Below are positions 62,496-64,000 of a stretch of 64,000 bases of DNA, one piece after another; position 1 is the first letter of the stretch; every line of letters begins with the position of its first letter. The notes below the pieces were generated by a model. The model worked only from the letters and a program-made list of their open reading frames with translations. It made no database searches and had not been told where the DNA came from. A program made the position numbers and the translations under genes. The stretch comes from Mobula hypostoma. Lineage: Eukaryota. The stretch covers positions 116,376,001 to 116,440,000 of the forward strand of contig NC_086107.1 in NCBI RefSeq assembly GCF_963921235.1. Direction: 5' to 3'.

Positions 62496-63358
62496 TGTTA
62501 CGAGAATACACATAAAATTAAGATGTTTGCTGGCCTGGGCTAGCATCAGTGGCATCAGCAGTTGGTCTGCCACCTGCCCTCAGGGGAAGGAGAGATAAGG
62601 AACAATGGAGCAGCGTCTGGGGATGTGTAATGAAGGGATGTGGGAGGAAGAGCTGTCTGGAGCGGCTCCCCCCTTTGAACCCTGAACTGTTTGAAGTGAT
62701 GGACAGGCGATACCCCAGCAGGGGGATAAAAAGGGACAGGTTCGCTAAGACAGACACACACGCCACCCGAGGTAACGAGACCCTGGAAGCGGTGCGCTTC
62801 TCACGAGTGGGTGAGAAGTACCGGACAACGCACAGGGTGGAAAGGTACGATCAGCGGGAACCCGGTGTGTGTCCGCCCTTGCCTGGGTGCCGGGTTCACT
62901 GCAGAGGATCGACCGCATCTGGAGGAGGGGTCACAGTCGGTGACCTCAGGTGACATCACCAAGGACCCGCCCAAAAAGCTGTCTGTGAGCCATCTCACCG
63001 GTCTGTGAGTGAAGCTGTTCTGAATGATCAGTTGTTCCTATTCTATCTCTGTCTCTCTTCCCCCACCTTGTCCATCGCCATGGCAACGATTACTGCGAAC
63101 TGAACTACTAAACTGGACTGAACTTTGAGTCATTTTGAAATTGGTCATTTACCCCTAGACAACGATAGAGCTTGATTGATGCTGTTATCTTAATTCTGTG
63201 CACGTGTGTTTATCATCACTGAACTGTTGCATTTATTATCCTTTCGATTACTGTGTTGCTTGTTTCTGTAATAAAACTTTCTTAGTTCTAGTACTCCAGA
63301 CTCCAACTGAGTGATCCATTTCTGCTGGTTTGGCAACCCAGTTACGGGGTACGTAACA
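62496..63358 (+). repeat. 3' LTR (863 bp)
   Basis: Follows the PPT directly and is nearly identical to the 5' LTR. Confidence 0.95.
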
Positions 63359-64000
63359 GCAGTGAGACTGCATCCACTATAGACCAATCGTGGTCAGAGG
63401 CAAATTGCAGTGGGTTAGGACCTTGATCAGGAAGGAGTTGATTCTGGCTCTGACCATCCTCTCCAAGCACTTCATTACAGTAGATTGCGACTGGGTGATA
63501 GTCATTGAGGCAGCTCTCCTAACTAAAATCACTGTGATAGACCTGGGGTCTAGGACCTAGAGGTCAAACACGTAATCAGCAAGTCCCAAAGTCTGAAATT
63601 AGATGTCTGGGGTCAAAGACTGGAGGCCCGGAGGCAGTCTGTCCTCAGGTTGGACTGTGTCTGTGTGTTGTTCTGAATATTGTGGGCATGCTCTGTGGCC
63701 ACTGGAACGTGTGACACTTGCGGGAGGTTGGTCATTGACACTGAACAACATTTCACTGTGTGGATGTGAGATAAATATAGCTGAATCTGAATACCTCATC
63801 GTGGCAAGGTTAAGTATAACGGCAGGAGCTTCGAGACGGTGATTGGGAGAGGTTGTCAGGTTGAAAGGGAGTTGGTGGTGGGAGGTTTTCAAAAGTAAGA
63901 TGCAGTGGTCTGTCCCTGTTAGTGCTGAAGGGTAAAACTGACAGGATTGGGGGCCCTGGCTGATGAGGGATATTGAAGCTCTGGTCAAGAAGAAGACAGA

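Larger units (their letters stand above)
58520..63358 (+). mobile_element. Gmr1-like Ty3/Gypsy LTR retrotransposon, internally deleted (non-autonomous), young
   Basis: Two LTRs with TGTTACG...CGTAACA termini. A tRNA-Pro-like PBS (TGGGGTTCTCGTCCGCGAT) starts at 59384 and a PPT (AAAGGGGGGAAG) lies at 62484-62495. Flanks are CCAG/GCAG, an imperfect 4-bp TSD. The internal region is only about 3.1 kb. Confidence 0.93.

Overview
Eukaryotic, repeat-rich vertebrate genomic DNA. The mix of CR1, Rex1/L2, Tx1, Penelope and Gmr1-Gypsy elements suggests a cartilaginous fish, probably a ray; this is inference. Two spliced genes can be reconstructed on the minus strand with canonical GT-AG junctions. PRRT2 has coding exons 19633-19265, 12911-12779 and 11721-11711 (170 aa) and a probable non-coding exon 1 ending at 28374. 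PAGR1 has coding exons 44985-44723, 42990-42911 and 41983-41802 (174 aa) and a probable non-coding exon 1 ending at 52486. A CpG-rich, apparently bidirectional promoter lies at about 52.45-52.9 kb. About a third of the window is tandem repeat, with a different minisatellite in almost every intron. Most of the rest is decayed, nested retroelements, plus one young, internally deleted Gmr1-like LTR element at 58520-63358. The most notable observations are: (1) PAGR1's last 3' splice site is tandemly amplified 8 times, and each decoy copy leads to an immediate stop; (2) the non-autonomous Gmr1-like element keeps a long open but catalytically gutted pol frame; (3) a Penelope minimal hammerhead ribozyme; (4) a SINE-Rex1 chimera inside one 12-bp target-site duplication (TSD); (5) a 27-bp minisatellite that arose inside a CR1 ORF. 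Family assignments come from recognised motifs, not database searches. TE boundaries are approximate unless stated.
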